From a virus: DNA of 43,507 bases. The number at the start of each line of letters is the position of its first letter. Position 1 is the first letter of the stretch. Below are positions 33,244 through 41,343 of this stretch, in pieces. Where the stretch lies: positions 1-43,507 of IMG/VR virus record IMGVR_UViG_3300005260_000002; one strand, written 5' to 3'. The notes under the pieces were generated by a model that saw only the letters and a list, made by a program, of their open reading frames with translations, did not search any database and was not told where the DNA came from. Position numbers and translations under genes: made by a program.

Positions 33244-34991
33244 ACGGGCATCGCTCCGCCCGACCCTTCAAGCGCGCCTGTTTTGGCGGCGACGGCGCGA
33301 GCTTTGATCATCGCGGCCTGCGCCGGCGCTGCCTGGATCGCCTGCTGCTTGGCCTGCTGCTGCGCGCGAGCCTTCCGCTTGTTCGCAATGGCCTGCCCGT
33401 CGGACATCCACCGCTCCGGCACATTGTTGATCTGGGCGATTTCCGGGGTGGCCGTGTCGAAATCGAATGGATCCAGCAGGCTCTGGTCCTGCGTCACGTT
33501 CACCAGTTCGCGAACCTGTTCGATGGTGCGCAGGAAGCCGGCCGCATTGCCCGCGCGCGCGGCGAGCGACAGCGGCGACGTGTCGGTGACCTCGTACTCG
33601 CCCATGGCCTCGCGCAGGCGCGGCGGCATCGGGTCCAGCATGCGCATCTCGGTCAACAGGTCGAGCTCGCGCTCGACGAGGCTGCCGACGTATTCCGTGT
33701 GCTGGCGGCCGAGCGTCGGGGCGACGAGCATGCCCTTTTCGTTGACGAGTTCGATCACCTGCGTCGCGGTCATGTTCGGATGCTCGGACAGCACCTTGAA
33801 CAGCGATACAAGGAACACGTCGTCGATGATGCTGCGCTCCTCGCCCATCATCTTTTCGCTGATCTGGATATCGCCGGTCGGTAGCGTGTGAACAAGCGCC
33901 TTGCCGTCGGACGTGACGCCGCCCTTGTTCATCGCGCCCGGACGCATGTTCATGTTCACAAGGCCGTCGTCGGCGATCAGCAAAATCGGATCGGCGGCGC
34001 GGTGACCTTGCTTGAGGAAAGTCACCTTCTGGGCGTTCAGCGTCTTGAGCGACGGCAGGACGATGTTGCCGGGGCCACGGCCCTCGACCTCGCCCGGCGC
34101 CTGATCGTATCGGCTGACGGCATACGGGAAGACACGGAAGCCGCCCTCCTCCTGCATCAGGCAACTGCCTTCGAGCGAGATGTAATGCGAGCAGAACGGC
34201 ATCGAGCGCGCATCAAGCGCCTCGGGATCGTAGTCGTCGTCGCGCGGCTTAACGCAGTGGACGAAATTGAAAAGCGCGGTCTGATCCTTGTCGAGCGCGG
34301 CAACGAGGTTTTCCGGCAGCGTGCCGCGGCCCCACTTCTGCTCCGCCTGGTACGCCGTGAGGCGAAACCAGCGATACATCCGGTCGACCTTGCCTTGATG
34401 GTTTTCGCCGAAGAACGTCTCGCCGAGCGGCACCGCCTTGTAGCGCAAGCCCTGCCCGCCGCCGTGCCAGCGGTTGTCGTATTTGTCGACGAACATCGTC
34501 GAGTTGCCGAATGCGCCGAGCGACTGCCAGTTGTTGTAATTTTGCGCCGCGAAATTTGCGTTGGAATCGTAGCGCTGGCGGAACAGCATGCGTGTCGTGC
34601 TCTCGAACCACATCCGCGAGGCGCGGTCCTTCATCACGTAATCGTTGCCCTGCAACCCATGCCACTGCATGTTGCGCGGAGTGACGAGGGAATCGGCGAT
34701 CGCACAGAAGCGATGCAGCGCAACCATGCCGGTGGCGTCCACCTGCTGCTGCGTTTTTTTCTGGCCGGGCGAATTGTACGAACCGAAATAGAACGTATTG
34801 CGCGCAGTCGGCAGGATCAGTTCGGCGATTTCTTCCCACTGTCCGGCGAACATCGACCGGCGCGTCTGGTACTGGCCGAATTCGCGAAGGCAATCGGCGA
34901 CGATCTTCTCCTCGCGCTGCGACATCTCGCGGCCACCGGTGGCGGTCGGGGCATCCTTGGTCTTGTCAGTTGATGGTGAGGCGCTTGGCAT
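33240..34991 (-). CDS. Portal protein, podovirus head-to-tail connector type (583 aa; start uncertain, alternative ATG 34925)
   Basis: Size and position after the terminase. ...FGQYQTRRSMFAGQWEEIAELILPTARNTFYF... Confidence 0.8.
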   Translation of the reverse strand: MPSASPSTDKTKDAPTATGGREMSQREEKIVADCLREFGQYQTRRSMFAGQWEEIAELILPTARNTFYFGSYNSPGQKKTQQQVDATGMVALHRFCAIADSLVTPRNMQWHGLQGNDYVMKDRASRMWFESTTRMLFRQRYDSNANFAAQNYNNWQSLGAFGNSTMFVDKYDNRWHGGGQGLRYKAVPLGETFFGENHQGKVDRMYRWFRLTAYQAEQKWGRGTLPENLVAALDKDQTALFNFVHCVKPRDDDYDPEALDARSMPFCSHYISLEGSCLMQEEGGFRVFPYAVSRYDQAPGEVEGRGPGNIVLPSLKTLNAQKVTFLKQGHRAADPILLIADDGLVNMNMRPGAMNKGGVTSDGKALVHTLPTGDIQISEKMMGEERSIIDDVFLVSLFKVLSEHPNMTATQVIELVNEKGMLVAPTLGRQHTEYVGSLVERELDLLTEMRMLDPMPPRLREAMGEYEVTDTSPLSLAARAGNAAGFLRTIEQVRELVNVTQDQSLLDPFDFDTATPEIAQINNVPERWMSDGQAIANKRKARAQQQAKQQAIQAAPAQAAMIKARAVAAKTGALEGSGGAMPV

Positions 34992-35430
34992 CCGGGTCTT
35001 TCGGGTCAAAAGTCGGGTCAAGCCGGCGGTCGGCGACCACCCAGCGCTGCACGCACTTGAACATCTCGATGCGGTCTTCGTCGTTCAGTTGCAGGCGATC
35101 CGCGAGACGGCGGAAATCGTCCTGCATGGCCTTCTCGGACTGATAGATCACAGCCTCCTTGACGACGTGGTGGTCCTTGCGGATCACGTCGGCGACGACG
35201 GCGCCGGTCTTTGCAACCTTCGCAGCGCTTGCAAGGCACGGCAGGGACGGCTCGATGTATCCGGGGAACACAAGCGGCAGGATCACGATGAGCGCGGCGT
35301 CGTAGGTGTGCGAAAGAACGGACAGCAGAACCATCGCCGTCTGCCCCTTCGCTTCCTTCAGCGCGCGGGCTTGCCAGCTTCCGCGAAGATCGAAAGCAAG
35401 CGAGTTCTCAAATCGCTCAGAGTCCAGCAC
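34966..35430 (-). CDS. Membrane-associated hypothetical protein (154 aa from GTG 35430; alternative ATG 35334)
   Basis: ORF track 34966..35430. Hydrophobic MVLLSVLSHTYDAALIVILPLVFPGY. Confidence 0.5.
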   Translation of the reverse strand: MLDSERFENSLAFDLRGSWQARALKEAKGQTAMVLLSVLSHTYDAALIVILPLVFPGYIEPSLPCLASAAKVAKTGAVVADVIRKDHHVVKEAVIYQSEKAMQDDFRRLADRLQLNDEDRIEMFKCVQRWVVADRRLDPTFDPKDPDAKRLTIN

Positions 35431-35626
35431 GCGGCGCGCCTCCGGTTGGACCGAACAACGACGTCACGGCATAGGACCCGGCCTCACCAAGCTGCTGTTG
35501 CTGCTGGATTTGGCCGAGCCGCCTTTTGCGCTGCTCCTCCGTCTCCTCGGACACCTGCTGGCTCAGCGCATCGCCGAGCCCGAGGGCATCGCTTGCAGAC
35601 GGAAAGCCGATGCTATTCGCCGGCAT
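35417..35626 (-). CDS. Hypothetical protein (69 aa)
   Basis: Internal ATG (MPANSIGFPSASDALG...) of ORF 35417..35704. Confidence 0.45.
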   Translation of the reverse strand: MPANSIGFPSASDALGLGDALSQQVSEETEEQRKRRLGQIQQQQQLGEAGSYAVTSLFGPTGGAPRAGL

Positions 35627-35966
35627 GGGGCGCCTCGGGCGCATCCACGGCGGCGAGCGCGTCATTGTAGGCGTTCTCGGCGTTGACCAGATTGGCCTTG
35701 GCATCAGCGAGGACCTGTTCGGCCTCAGCCAGCTTTTCGAGCTTGAGGTAGTGCGCGTGCTTTTCGTTCGAGAGGGTCATGAACTTCGAACCGAAACCAC
35801 GCTCGACGCGGCCATTGATGCGCACAGCATCCTCGCCGAGTTCGCGGTCTTCGAATTCACGGATGCGCTCTGCGGCAGTCAGCGTTTCGGCCGGCGCGTC
35901 GGTATGCACAGCTTCGACTTCGGGGGCGGTGTTCGCGGCGGTGTCGGAATGGGTTTCGTCTGACAT
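35613..35966 (-). CDS. Acidic coiled-coil protein (117 aa)
   Basis: ATG 35966 with a CCGGAG SD. MSDETHSDTAANTAPEVEAVH... Confidence 0.6.
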   Translation of the reverse strand: MSDETHSDTAANTAPEVEAVHTDAPAETLTAAERIREFEDRELGEDAVRINGRVERGFGSKFMTLSNEKHAHYLKLEKLAEAEQVLADAKANLVNAENAYNDALAAVDAPEAPHAGE

Positions 35967-35975
35967 GGGAAAACT

Positions 35976-35995
35976 CCGGTCATGTTGATGACCGG
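35976..35995 (-). terminator. Hairpin CCGGTCAT/ATGACCGG followed by AGUUUUCCC on the late strand, directly before ATG 35966
   Basis: 8-bp stem and 4-nt loop. The 3' arm contains the SD-like CCGGAG. Confidence 0.5.
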
Positions 35996-36018
35996 AACAT
36001 GCGCCGCCGCACGGAAGC

Positions 36019-36030
36019 GGCAACGCACCC
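36019..36030 (-). promoter_or_regulatory. Late-strand motif copy 5 (coding strand GG-GTGCGTTG-CC)
   Basis: Exact 8-mer at 36021-36028, in the gap between the terL stop (36035) and the next gene. Confidence 0.5.
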
Positions 36031-36034
36031 GCCG

Positions 36035-37507
36035 TCAGGTGCCGGAGAAAACGTCGAAATCCAGGCCCGTTGCGAGGCTTTCCACCTCGCCGGAATATCG
36101 CTGCGCGGCCCCGCCGCCGAGCGCCACGGCCTTGCTCGATCGCTTCTGCATGATCGCGATGCGGCAGGCCGACATCAGGTCGTCCTTGATCTTGACGATC
36201 TTGCCGTCCTTGCGGTGATAGAACCGCCGCTCCTCAAGGTAATCCGACAGGTGCGCGGCGACTTTCAGTCGGCCGGAACGCTCGCGCTCGTCCATTTCCA
36301 GGACGCCGGCCTCGGTCGACACGCTGCCGTCCGGCCATGTGGCGTGCCCGGCAAGCATCAGCAGGCCGTTGCGTTTGTAGTGGTCCGACAACGGCTTGCC
36401 GTCGTCGCGGCGGTTCGTGCCGTCGAGTGGCCATGCCACCGGGACGGCGGCACCGATAGGCTTCATGGCGGCCGCGTGCTGGATCGGCAAGGCATCGGCG
36501 ATGCGGATGCAATGGTGAACGTGAATCACGTCATTGTCGCGGTCCCACAGGAGCAGCACAGCTGCGAACGGATGGCCGATGCCGAAGTCCACGCCCCATA
36601 TTTTCGTCCAGTAGGCGGGGATGTATTCGATCGGTGATTCGAGGATCGTTTCCTCCGGCGCCATGAAAATGCGGCCCTCGCCGAGCGTCGGCACACCACG
36701 CGCGCGCGCCTCCCGCTCATGGGGCAGGAAGGCGGCGATGATCTTCGTCCGCTCCTCCGGCGAGATGTGCAGCGCATCCTCGATGGTCATACTGACCACG
36801 CCGCGGTCCGGCGATGGTTCGTCCAGGAACCGCAGCACCACCGCCGAGCGGCCTTTCAGCGGGGTGAACGTCACCCACACCATGCCGCCGGTGGCGACCG
36901 TGCGCGTCAGAAACTCGGCGTAGACATCCTCCGGCGGTTCTTCGTCCGCCCAGCCCCAGTCGATGCTTTCGCCCTGAAACTTCGTCCGGCCCTGCTCGTA
37001 GGATTTAAAGCGGGCCACCGAGATGCCGCCGGACGCATGCCGGACCTGGATCGTGTCATAGGCGTCTGTGACGCCGCGCGCGAGCGACGGTTTGTCGACA
37101 AAAAGCTCCTTCGGGATCATCCCGGTGCCGAACGCTTCCTCCACGCCCGGCTCACCGCATAGCTTTTTCTGCTGCACGTCGCGCACCACCAGAGACGTCT
37201 CACCGGCGATCCAGCCTTTCGTCGGCCGATCCCACCGCCGGCCCTTCCAGTTCGCAGGGTAAATTCCGGTCAGATGGCACGCCGCCTCATAGGCACCGAT
37301 GTGCGTCTTGCCGTTCTGGTTGCCCGCGATCAGCAGCCGCTCGCGCACCTTCGCGCCGAGGTCGAGAAAGTCCTGCTGCTTTGGGTACGGCTTGAAATCG
37401 TAGAACTGCTGATAGGTCCGGCGATAGTCGAGCGCCTGCAGCCCGGCGAGGATTTCCTTGAGGTCTGGTGCGGGCTCGGTCATTCGCAGATCAATCGCTG
37501 GCACCAT
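36035..37507 (-). CDS. terL: Terminase large subunit (490 aa from the first ATG; TTG 37570 or ATG 37483 also possible)
   Basis: Walker A AGNQNGKT, DWGWADEEP Walker B-like motif, C-terminal nuclease region. Confidence 0.9.
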   Translation of the reverse strand: MVPAIDLRMTEPAPDLKEILAGLQALDYRRTYQQFYDFKPYPKQQDFLDLGAKVRERLLIAGNQNGKTHIGAYEAACHLTGIYPANWKGRRWDRPTKGWIAGETSLVVRDVQQKKLCGEPGVEEAFGTGMIPKELFVDKPSLARGVTDAYDTIQVRHASGGISVARFKSYEQGRTKFQGESIDWGWADEEPPEDVYAEFLTRTVATGGMVWVTFTPLKGRSAVVLRFLDEPSPDRGVVSMTIEDALHISPEERTKIIAAFLPHEREARARGVPTLGEGRIFMAPEETILESPIEYIPAYWTKIWGVDFGIGHPFAAVLLLWDRDNDVIHVHHCIRIADALPIQHAAAMKPIGAAVPVAWPLDGTNRRDDGKPLSDHYKRNGLLMLAGHATWPDGSVSTEAGVLEMDERERSGRLKVAAHLSDYLEERRFYHRKDGKIVKIKDDLMSACRIAIMQKRSSKAVALGGGAAQRYSGEVESLATGLDFDVFSGT

Positions 37508-37592
37508 GGGCAGCGCGGAGTTCGTCCGCTCGGCAACCGGCCGCGCCAGTGGCACCCGGGAAACTTGCAAACGATGATCGGGCAGACAGCGG

Positions 37593-38129
37593 TCATGTCT
37601 TTGCCTCGGAGAACTCGCCCTCGATCACCGGCGCAGCCGGTCCGCCGAGCAATGCGTTCATCGGCACGCCGAGCTTGTCAGCAAGCCGCTTGATCTCCTC
37701 CATGATCGCCTTGCCCGACTGATCGCGGACGGTCTGGTTCACGTTGATGTTCTGCTCGACCGTGAAGCCCGCGAGCCCCACCAGCGTCTGTGCGGCCTTG
37801 AGTTGGTCCTTGTGCAAATCGTTGCGGACGATTTTCTTGATGGTCGCGATACCGAGCATCGCCGATCCGCGAATTTCCTTGTCCGCGCATTCCTTGATCG
37901 CGGCCAGCACGCCCTCGTCGTGAAACAGCCGATGCGCCGTCACCCGCAACGCGCCGTGGCTGCGATCCGAATATCCCGCCGCCTTCGCGATCTGGAAGTC
38001 CTTCGCTAGCGGATACGTTACAGCCGCCAGCGCAAACCGTCGCTGTGCCGGATTTAACGCCAGCATCGCGGGCCCGAGGCCGCTCACATCAGGGTCAGGA
38101 ATGGTCGGAGTGCCGGTCGCATCGTTCAT
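37593..38129 (-). CDS. terS: Terminase small subunit (178 aa)
   Basis: LNPAQRRFALAAV...QIAKAAGYSDRSHGALRVTAHRLFHDEGVLAAI is the Terminase_2-like HTH pattern. Immediately upstream of terL. Confidence 0.75.
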   Translation of the reverse strand: MNDATGTPTIPDPDVSGLGPAMLALNPAQRRFALAAVTYPLAKDFQIAKAAGYSDRSHGALRVTAHRLFHDEGVLAAIKECADKEIRGSAMLGIATIKKIVRNDLHKDQLKAAQTLVGLAGFTVEQNINVNQTVRDQSGKAIMEEIKRLADKLGVPMNALLGGPAAPVIEGEFSEAKT

Positions 38130-38158
38130 GCTAACAAATTACGAAACCGGACCTATCG

Positions 38159-38170
38159 GACAACGCACCC
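38159..38170 (-). promoter_or_regulatory. Late-strand motif copy 6 (coding strand GG-GTGCGTTG-TC), 31 nt before the terS ATG
   Basis: TTGTCC +16 nt + TAATTT + 6 nt + ATG 38129. No SD upstream of terS. Confidence 0.55.
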
Positions 38171-38282
38171 GAACTTTCCAAAACAGGCCGCCCAAAATTT
38201 CAGAAGGCCGATCCGAATTCTGGCAGAAAGGCGCGTGCGAGAAGGGGCAGTTGTAATATACCGCGTGGTTTTGATTTGCCGG

Positions 38283-38300
38283 CCACCCCCACCCCACCCC
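38283..38300. repeat. C-rich tract CCACCCCCACCCCACCCC (G-runs on the late strand), flanked by TTTTGAT direct repeats
   Basis: Read directly in the low-GC region upstream of terS. Confidence 0.6.
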
Positions 38301-38482
38301 GGTCTTTTGATGGCGCCGAGCCCTGGTATTGCTGCATTTCATCGACGTTTCATGCGCACCCGTCATACCGCATGACTGACGTTTCGCCGCTAAGTCATTG
38401 GTAATACTACGATGCGTTCATGATGGGTGATGATGAACACCTGCATCAGGCCATTCGTACATGCGAATGACACGCAACTGCG

Positions 38483-38671
38483 TTATCGCGCATGATGCCG
38501 CAACGAGGTCATTCCCTCACTTGTGCATTGATACAGCACAGCCTCATGCGTTGGGACATTCCATCGGAAGTGTCGAATGCGATCCAGCCAGATGGCAAGT
38601 CGGCTGCGTGGGCATTTCGCCATGACTTCATCATTCGGGAAATAGATGCGGGTTGGCGTCCAGTCATTCAT
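38483..38671 (-). CDS. Possible small protein (62 aa)
   Basis: GAGGAAG SD 5 nt before ATG 38671. MNDWTPTRIYFPNDEVMAKCPRSRLAIWLDRIRHFRW... A plus-strand ORF overlaps it in the same codon phase, so the call is ambiguous. Confidence 0.35.
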   Translation of the reverse strand: MNDWTPTRIYFPNDEVMAKCPRSRLAIWLDRIRHFRWNVPTHEAVLYQCTSEGMTSLRHHAR

Positions 38672-38820
38672 CTCGGCTTCCTCAATGACATTGAGACGGA
38701 TGATAGCACATCCTCGGCTATTCGCCTTCGTCGTGGTCCTCGCTCGCAGTACTCGCTGTGGAAGGAAGCAGGCGCACGCGGGGCCAACGCGCGAGACGAT
38801 GCGCTCGGTGATGCCGAAGT

Positions 38821-38832
38821 CACAACGCACCG
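38821..38832 (-). promoter_or_regulatory. Late-strand motif copy 7 (coding strand CG-GTGCGTTG-TG)
   Basis: Exact 8-mer at 38823-38830, in ambiguous coding/non-coding sequence upstream of the terS region. Confidence 0.35.
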
Positions 38833-38938
38833 TGGCTATGTTGTTGATTGGATTGATGCGAGCGGTGATGCTCATCAGGGTGGTGCGGTCGTCAGTACGT
38901 TGCGGCGCGAATATGAACGTTTACACCTTGTGGCAACC

Positions 38939-39238
38939 ATGCCAGCGCGTCGTCACCCTCTCCGCTCGTACATCGTGGCGCTGTTCAAGCGTGGCGAACT
39001 GGTGTCGGTTCGGGAGGCTGAACTGATCTGCGATGCGTCGCGCCAGGCGATTACGAAATGGCTGCGACGCGAGCACATCGACATCGGTGTTCGTCGGCTT
39101 GATCGGATCGGTCGGCTGCGAGCCAAGGCCATGACCGATCTGGACGACATGCCGGTCAAGCGCCTGTCGAAGGCGGAACTGCGCAAACAGACGGAAAAGG
39201 CCATTTCCGAGTTCAATCGCCGGAATCGGAGCCAATAG
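38939..39238 (+). CDS. HTH DNA-binding protein (99 aa)
   Basis: High-GC3 C-terminal part of ORF 38492..39238. ELVSVREAELICDASRQAITKWLRREHID. Confidence 0.55.
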   Translation: MPARRHPLRSYIVALFKRGELVSVREAELICDASRQAITKWLRREHIDIGVRRLDRIGRLRAKAMTDLDDMPVKRLSKAELRKQTEKAISEFNRRNRSQ

Positions 39239-39291
39239 GAAGGCCACCGGTTCGATATTCCGACTCGCCCGCTACCTCGGTATCCCTGAAT

Positions 39292-39326
39292 TTGAATACC
39301 CAAGGCGATCGTGTAGAATCCCTACA
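39292..39326 (+). promoter_or_regulatory. Near-consensus sigma70-type promoter TTGAAT-16-TAGAAT, 6 nt before ATG 39326 (leaderless), overlapped by palindrome TGTAG-AATCC-CTACA (39312-39326)
   Basis: Hexamers at 39292-97 and 39314-19. No SD. The palindrome covers the -10 and the start codon. Confidence 0.55.
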
Positions 39327-39535
39327 TGGCAAAGCGCGGAAGACCATTAGGTTCTGGCAAGGGCGCAGGGATACCTGTGATGATGCGCGTTCATCCCGAT
39401 CTATTATCGAAATTAGATGCGTGGATTGCCCAGCAGGACGTGCCCATGTCACGTCCAGAGGCATTCCGGCGTCTGTTCTTTATGGGCGTTGCCTTGGGAA
39501 TCAAGCCTGTTTCGAAGACCGTTCGCGCGCGATGA
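39326..39535 (+). CDS. Ribbon-helix-helix (Arc/MetJ/CopG-like) DNA-binding protein (69 aa)
   Basis: KRGRPLGSGKGAGIPVMMRVHPDLLSKLDAWIAQQDVPMSRPEAFRRLFFMG has a beta-alpha-alpha pattern. Confidence 0.7.
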   Translation: MAKRGRPLGSGKGAGIPVMMRVHPDLLSKLDAWIAQQDVPMSRPEAFRRLFFMGVALGIKPVSKTVRAR

Positions 39536-39812
39536 CACGCATCGCCTTCCAGCAATCCGGGCAGAAGTCCTTGTGATCTGACTCTCGGTCAGGATTATTG
39601 GTCAACGACGTCTTCGATGTCACAATTTCAGCCGAAGCCCAGCCCTTCATGTTGTCGTCTGGCATGACGATACCGCAGCCATCGCACTCAATCTGAAACC
39701 GTGACGCCACATGACACCTATTTGCGATCTGATGCCGACGCCTAATCGCGGTCGGTACCTGATCGTAGGACAGCCATACACCCTTCGCAACGGCAGGGAA
39801 TGTCAAAATCAT
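39501..39812 (-). CDS. Zinc-finger-like small protein (103 aa), last gene of the early-right operon
   Basis: CDGC ... CPDC cysteine pairs. 35-bp convergent overlap with the RHH gene. Confidence 0.6.
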   Translation of the reverse strand: MILTFPAVAKGVWLSYDQVPTAIRRRHQIANRCHVASRFQIECDGCGIVMPDDNMKGWASAEIVTSKTSLTNNPDRESDHKDFCPDCWKAMRVIARERSSKQA

Positions 39813-39817
39813 CGTGA

Positions 39818-40234
39818 TTAATCCACCAGAGCAAGGGTTCTCACAAAACCAGGCTTGCCAGCCTTCCAGTCGGAAGGACCAACAACGCCATGAAGCAAAC
39901 TTTCAATCCCCTGCAGAGCGTCGGCAATTCTCGAATTTTGATCCGTGATGTCCTGCAAATGCTGAGATATCGACGTCAATATGTGCTTCTGCGTTTCCTC
40001 CGCATTATCGAGAATGTGCGATTCATCGATCGCTTTTTTACTCGAATGAGACGTCCTACTCTCCTGCCAGCGTCTATTTTCGCCAACCGTGACACCCTTT
40101 CGGCGTTCAGACAGTTTGAGAAAATTCGGACCGCCGCCTGCTGCGATGATCCTCTGGCCGGTCGCCCTCGAAAATGAATTGATCGCGCACCATTCGGCAA
40201 ATGTAAGAACTTTTTCGTCGTTCGAATCGCTCAT
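39818..40234 (-). CDS. HTH (AlpA/MerR-like) protein (138 aa)
   Basis: LTFAEWCAINSFSRATGQRIIAAGGGPNFLKLSERRKGVTVGENRRW. ATGA coupling at 40231-40234. Confidence 0.65.
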   Translation of the reverse strand: MSDSNDEKVLTFAEWCAINSFSRATGQRIIAAGGGPNFLKLSERRKGVTVGENRRWQESRTSHSSKKAIDESHILDNAEETQKHILTSISQHLQDITDQNSRIADALQGIESLLHGVVGPSDWKAGKPGFVRTLALVD

Positions 40235-40737
40235 GCGCGATTTTCCTTCTGCCACCGAATCCGCGCCGCATGAGCAGCCGCACGTTGCCGAGCGCGCTTT
40301 CCCATCGACTTGAGACGACGTTTGCCACCCAATTTACCTATCGATTTCATGAATTCCGAATCCCTCAGTTTGCGTTGCAGTTCAGGCGTTATTACGATTT
40401 CAGCAGGCACTTGATTTTCGATGCTAAGCGGCGTGCTAAGCGGCGGCAAAAGTTTCGGGGTTCGCAGCGGCCTTTCCCGCTTCGTCCACCGTCCTTCCAC
40501 GCGCTTGACCTGTTCCGGGTCCTCAACCACCACCACGGCGACACCGAGCGCACCGAGCAGCGCCTGAAACGAGATCGGCCCCAGGTTCTTGATCGGCTTC
40601 GGTGCCAACAGCTTGCTCGTATAGCCATCCTGCAGCCCCGCAATGCCGTCCACGGTCGAATGCGTGAGTTGCAACTCCACCAGTCGAGCCCGCAGCGCCG
40701 CGATCAATTCGTCCATGGAGCGGATCGGTGTGGTCAT
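40231..40737 (-). CDS. HTH-like hypothetical protein (168 aa)
   Basis: Internal ATG (MTTPIRSMDELIAALRARL...) of ORF 40231..40827; ATGA coupling. Confidence 0.6.
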   Translation of the reverse strand: MTTPIRSMDELIAALRARLVELQLTHSTVDGIAGLQDGYTSKLLAPKPIKNLGPISFQALLGALGVAVVVVEDPEQVKRVEGRWTKRERPLRTPKLLPPLSTPLSIENQVPAEIVITPELQRKLRDSEFMKSIGKLGGKRRLKSMGKRARQRAAAHAARIRWQKENRA

Positions 40738-40916
40738 GCTGCTGAGTTTCGTTCGTTGTCGTTGTTGTGCGCAGGTGGTGGAACGAATAGCCCAATCGGA
40801 ATGGCCGTGTGTCCGAAGATCAGCCAATGGCGACGGTGGCCACGCTCCCTAATCCAGATCAGGAAGCTCGTCATCTGCTTGCGCCACCCTGCATTGATCT
40901 CTGGTGCACGATCCAT
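40734..40916 (-). CDS. Hypothetical protein (60 aa)
   Basis: ORF track 40734..40919; coupled at both ends. Confidence 0.45.
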   Translation of the reverse strand: MDRAPEINAGWRKQMTSFLIWIRERGHRRHWLIFGHTAIPIGLFVPPPAHNNDNERNSAA

Positions 40917-41089
40917 CACGCCGCATCCTCCTTCACCACCGCCCGGCCGCGCTTCACCTCTGGGTGCTTGTGCCGGAACATCACGCCGGACACCGCGCTC
41001 CGGCTCATGCCAAGCCGTTCAGCAATGGCCGAATAAGCGTGCTTCTCGGCCGCCAGCTTGATGATCTTCTCGTCACGCTCCTTGTTCAT
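40916..41089 (-). CDS. Small HTH protein (57 aa), below the ORF-track size cut-off
   Basis: My translation: MNKERDEKIIKLAAEKHAYSAIAERLGMSRSAVSGVMFRHKHPEVKRGRAVVKEDAA. ATGA coupling at 41086-89. Confidence 0.55.
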   Translation of the reverse strand: MNKERDEKIIKLAAEKHAYSAIAERLGMSRSAVSGVMFRHKHPEVKRGRAVVKEDAA

Positions 41090-41343
41090 GCCACCTGCTC
41101 CTGCTCGGGTTGTGGAATCGGATAGCCAAGCTCTCGGCGGGCCGTGATGCTGAGCGCCAGTTCATGCGGCTGCTCGATGCCAGCGATCGCGTATTCCCAC
41201 CGCACGCGCTCCACAGCGGCCTTGCGCGCGGTCTGGTTCGCGTCCTCGATCTTCTTCGGGTCTGCCTCGGTGTCCGCGCGCAGCAGCGCAGAAAGCTCCT
41301 TGAAGCCCTCGACAACGCGATCCCGTGTGTCTGTGGCGTTCAT
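41086..41343 (-). CDS. Hypothetical protein (85 aa)
   Basis: ORF track 41086..41343; coupled at both ends. Confidence 0.6.
   Translation of the reverse strand: MNATDTRDRVVEGFKELSALLRADTEADPKKIEDANQTARKAAVERVRWEYAIAGIEQPHELALSITARRELGYPIPQPEQEQVA

Noticed and set aside
36021-36023. TTG inside late-motif copy 5 as the start of ORF 35613..36023
   Set aside because: The in-frame extension (MPLPCGGACSGHQHDRSFP) runs through the hairpin and looks non-coding. ATG 35966 has a CCGGAG SD.
38139-38366. 75-aa minus-strand ORF in the terS upstream region
   Set aside because: Low-complexity, W/G/C-rich, spans the C-rich tract and late-motif copy 6. More likely regulatory DNA.
38492-38938. N-terminal 149 codons of the 248-aa plus-strand ORF 38492..39238
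   Set aside because: GC3 here (about 55-60% by hand count) is lower than in the C-terminal HTH part (about 72%) and lower than the overlapping minus-strand frame (about 68%). There is no SD. I could not decide confidently, so only 38939..39238 is called. The minus ORF is called at low confidence.
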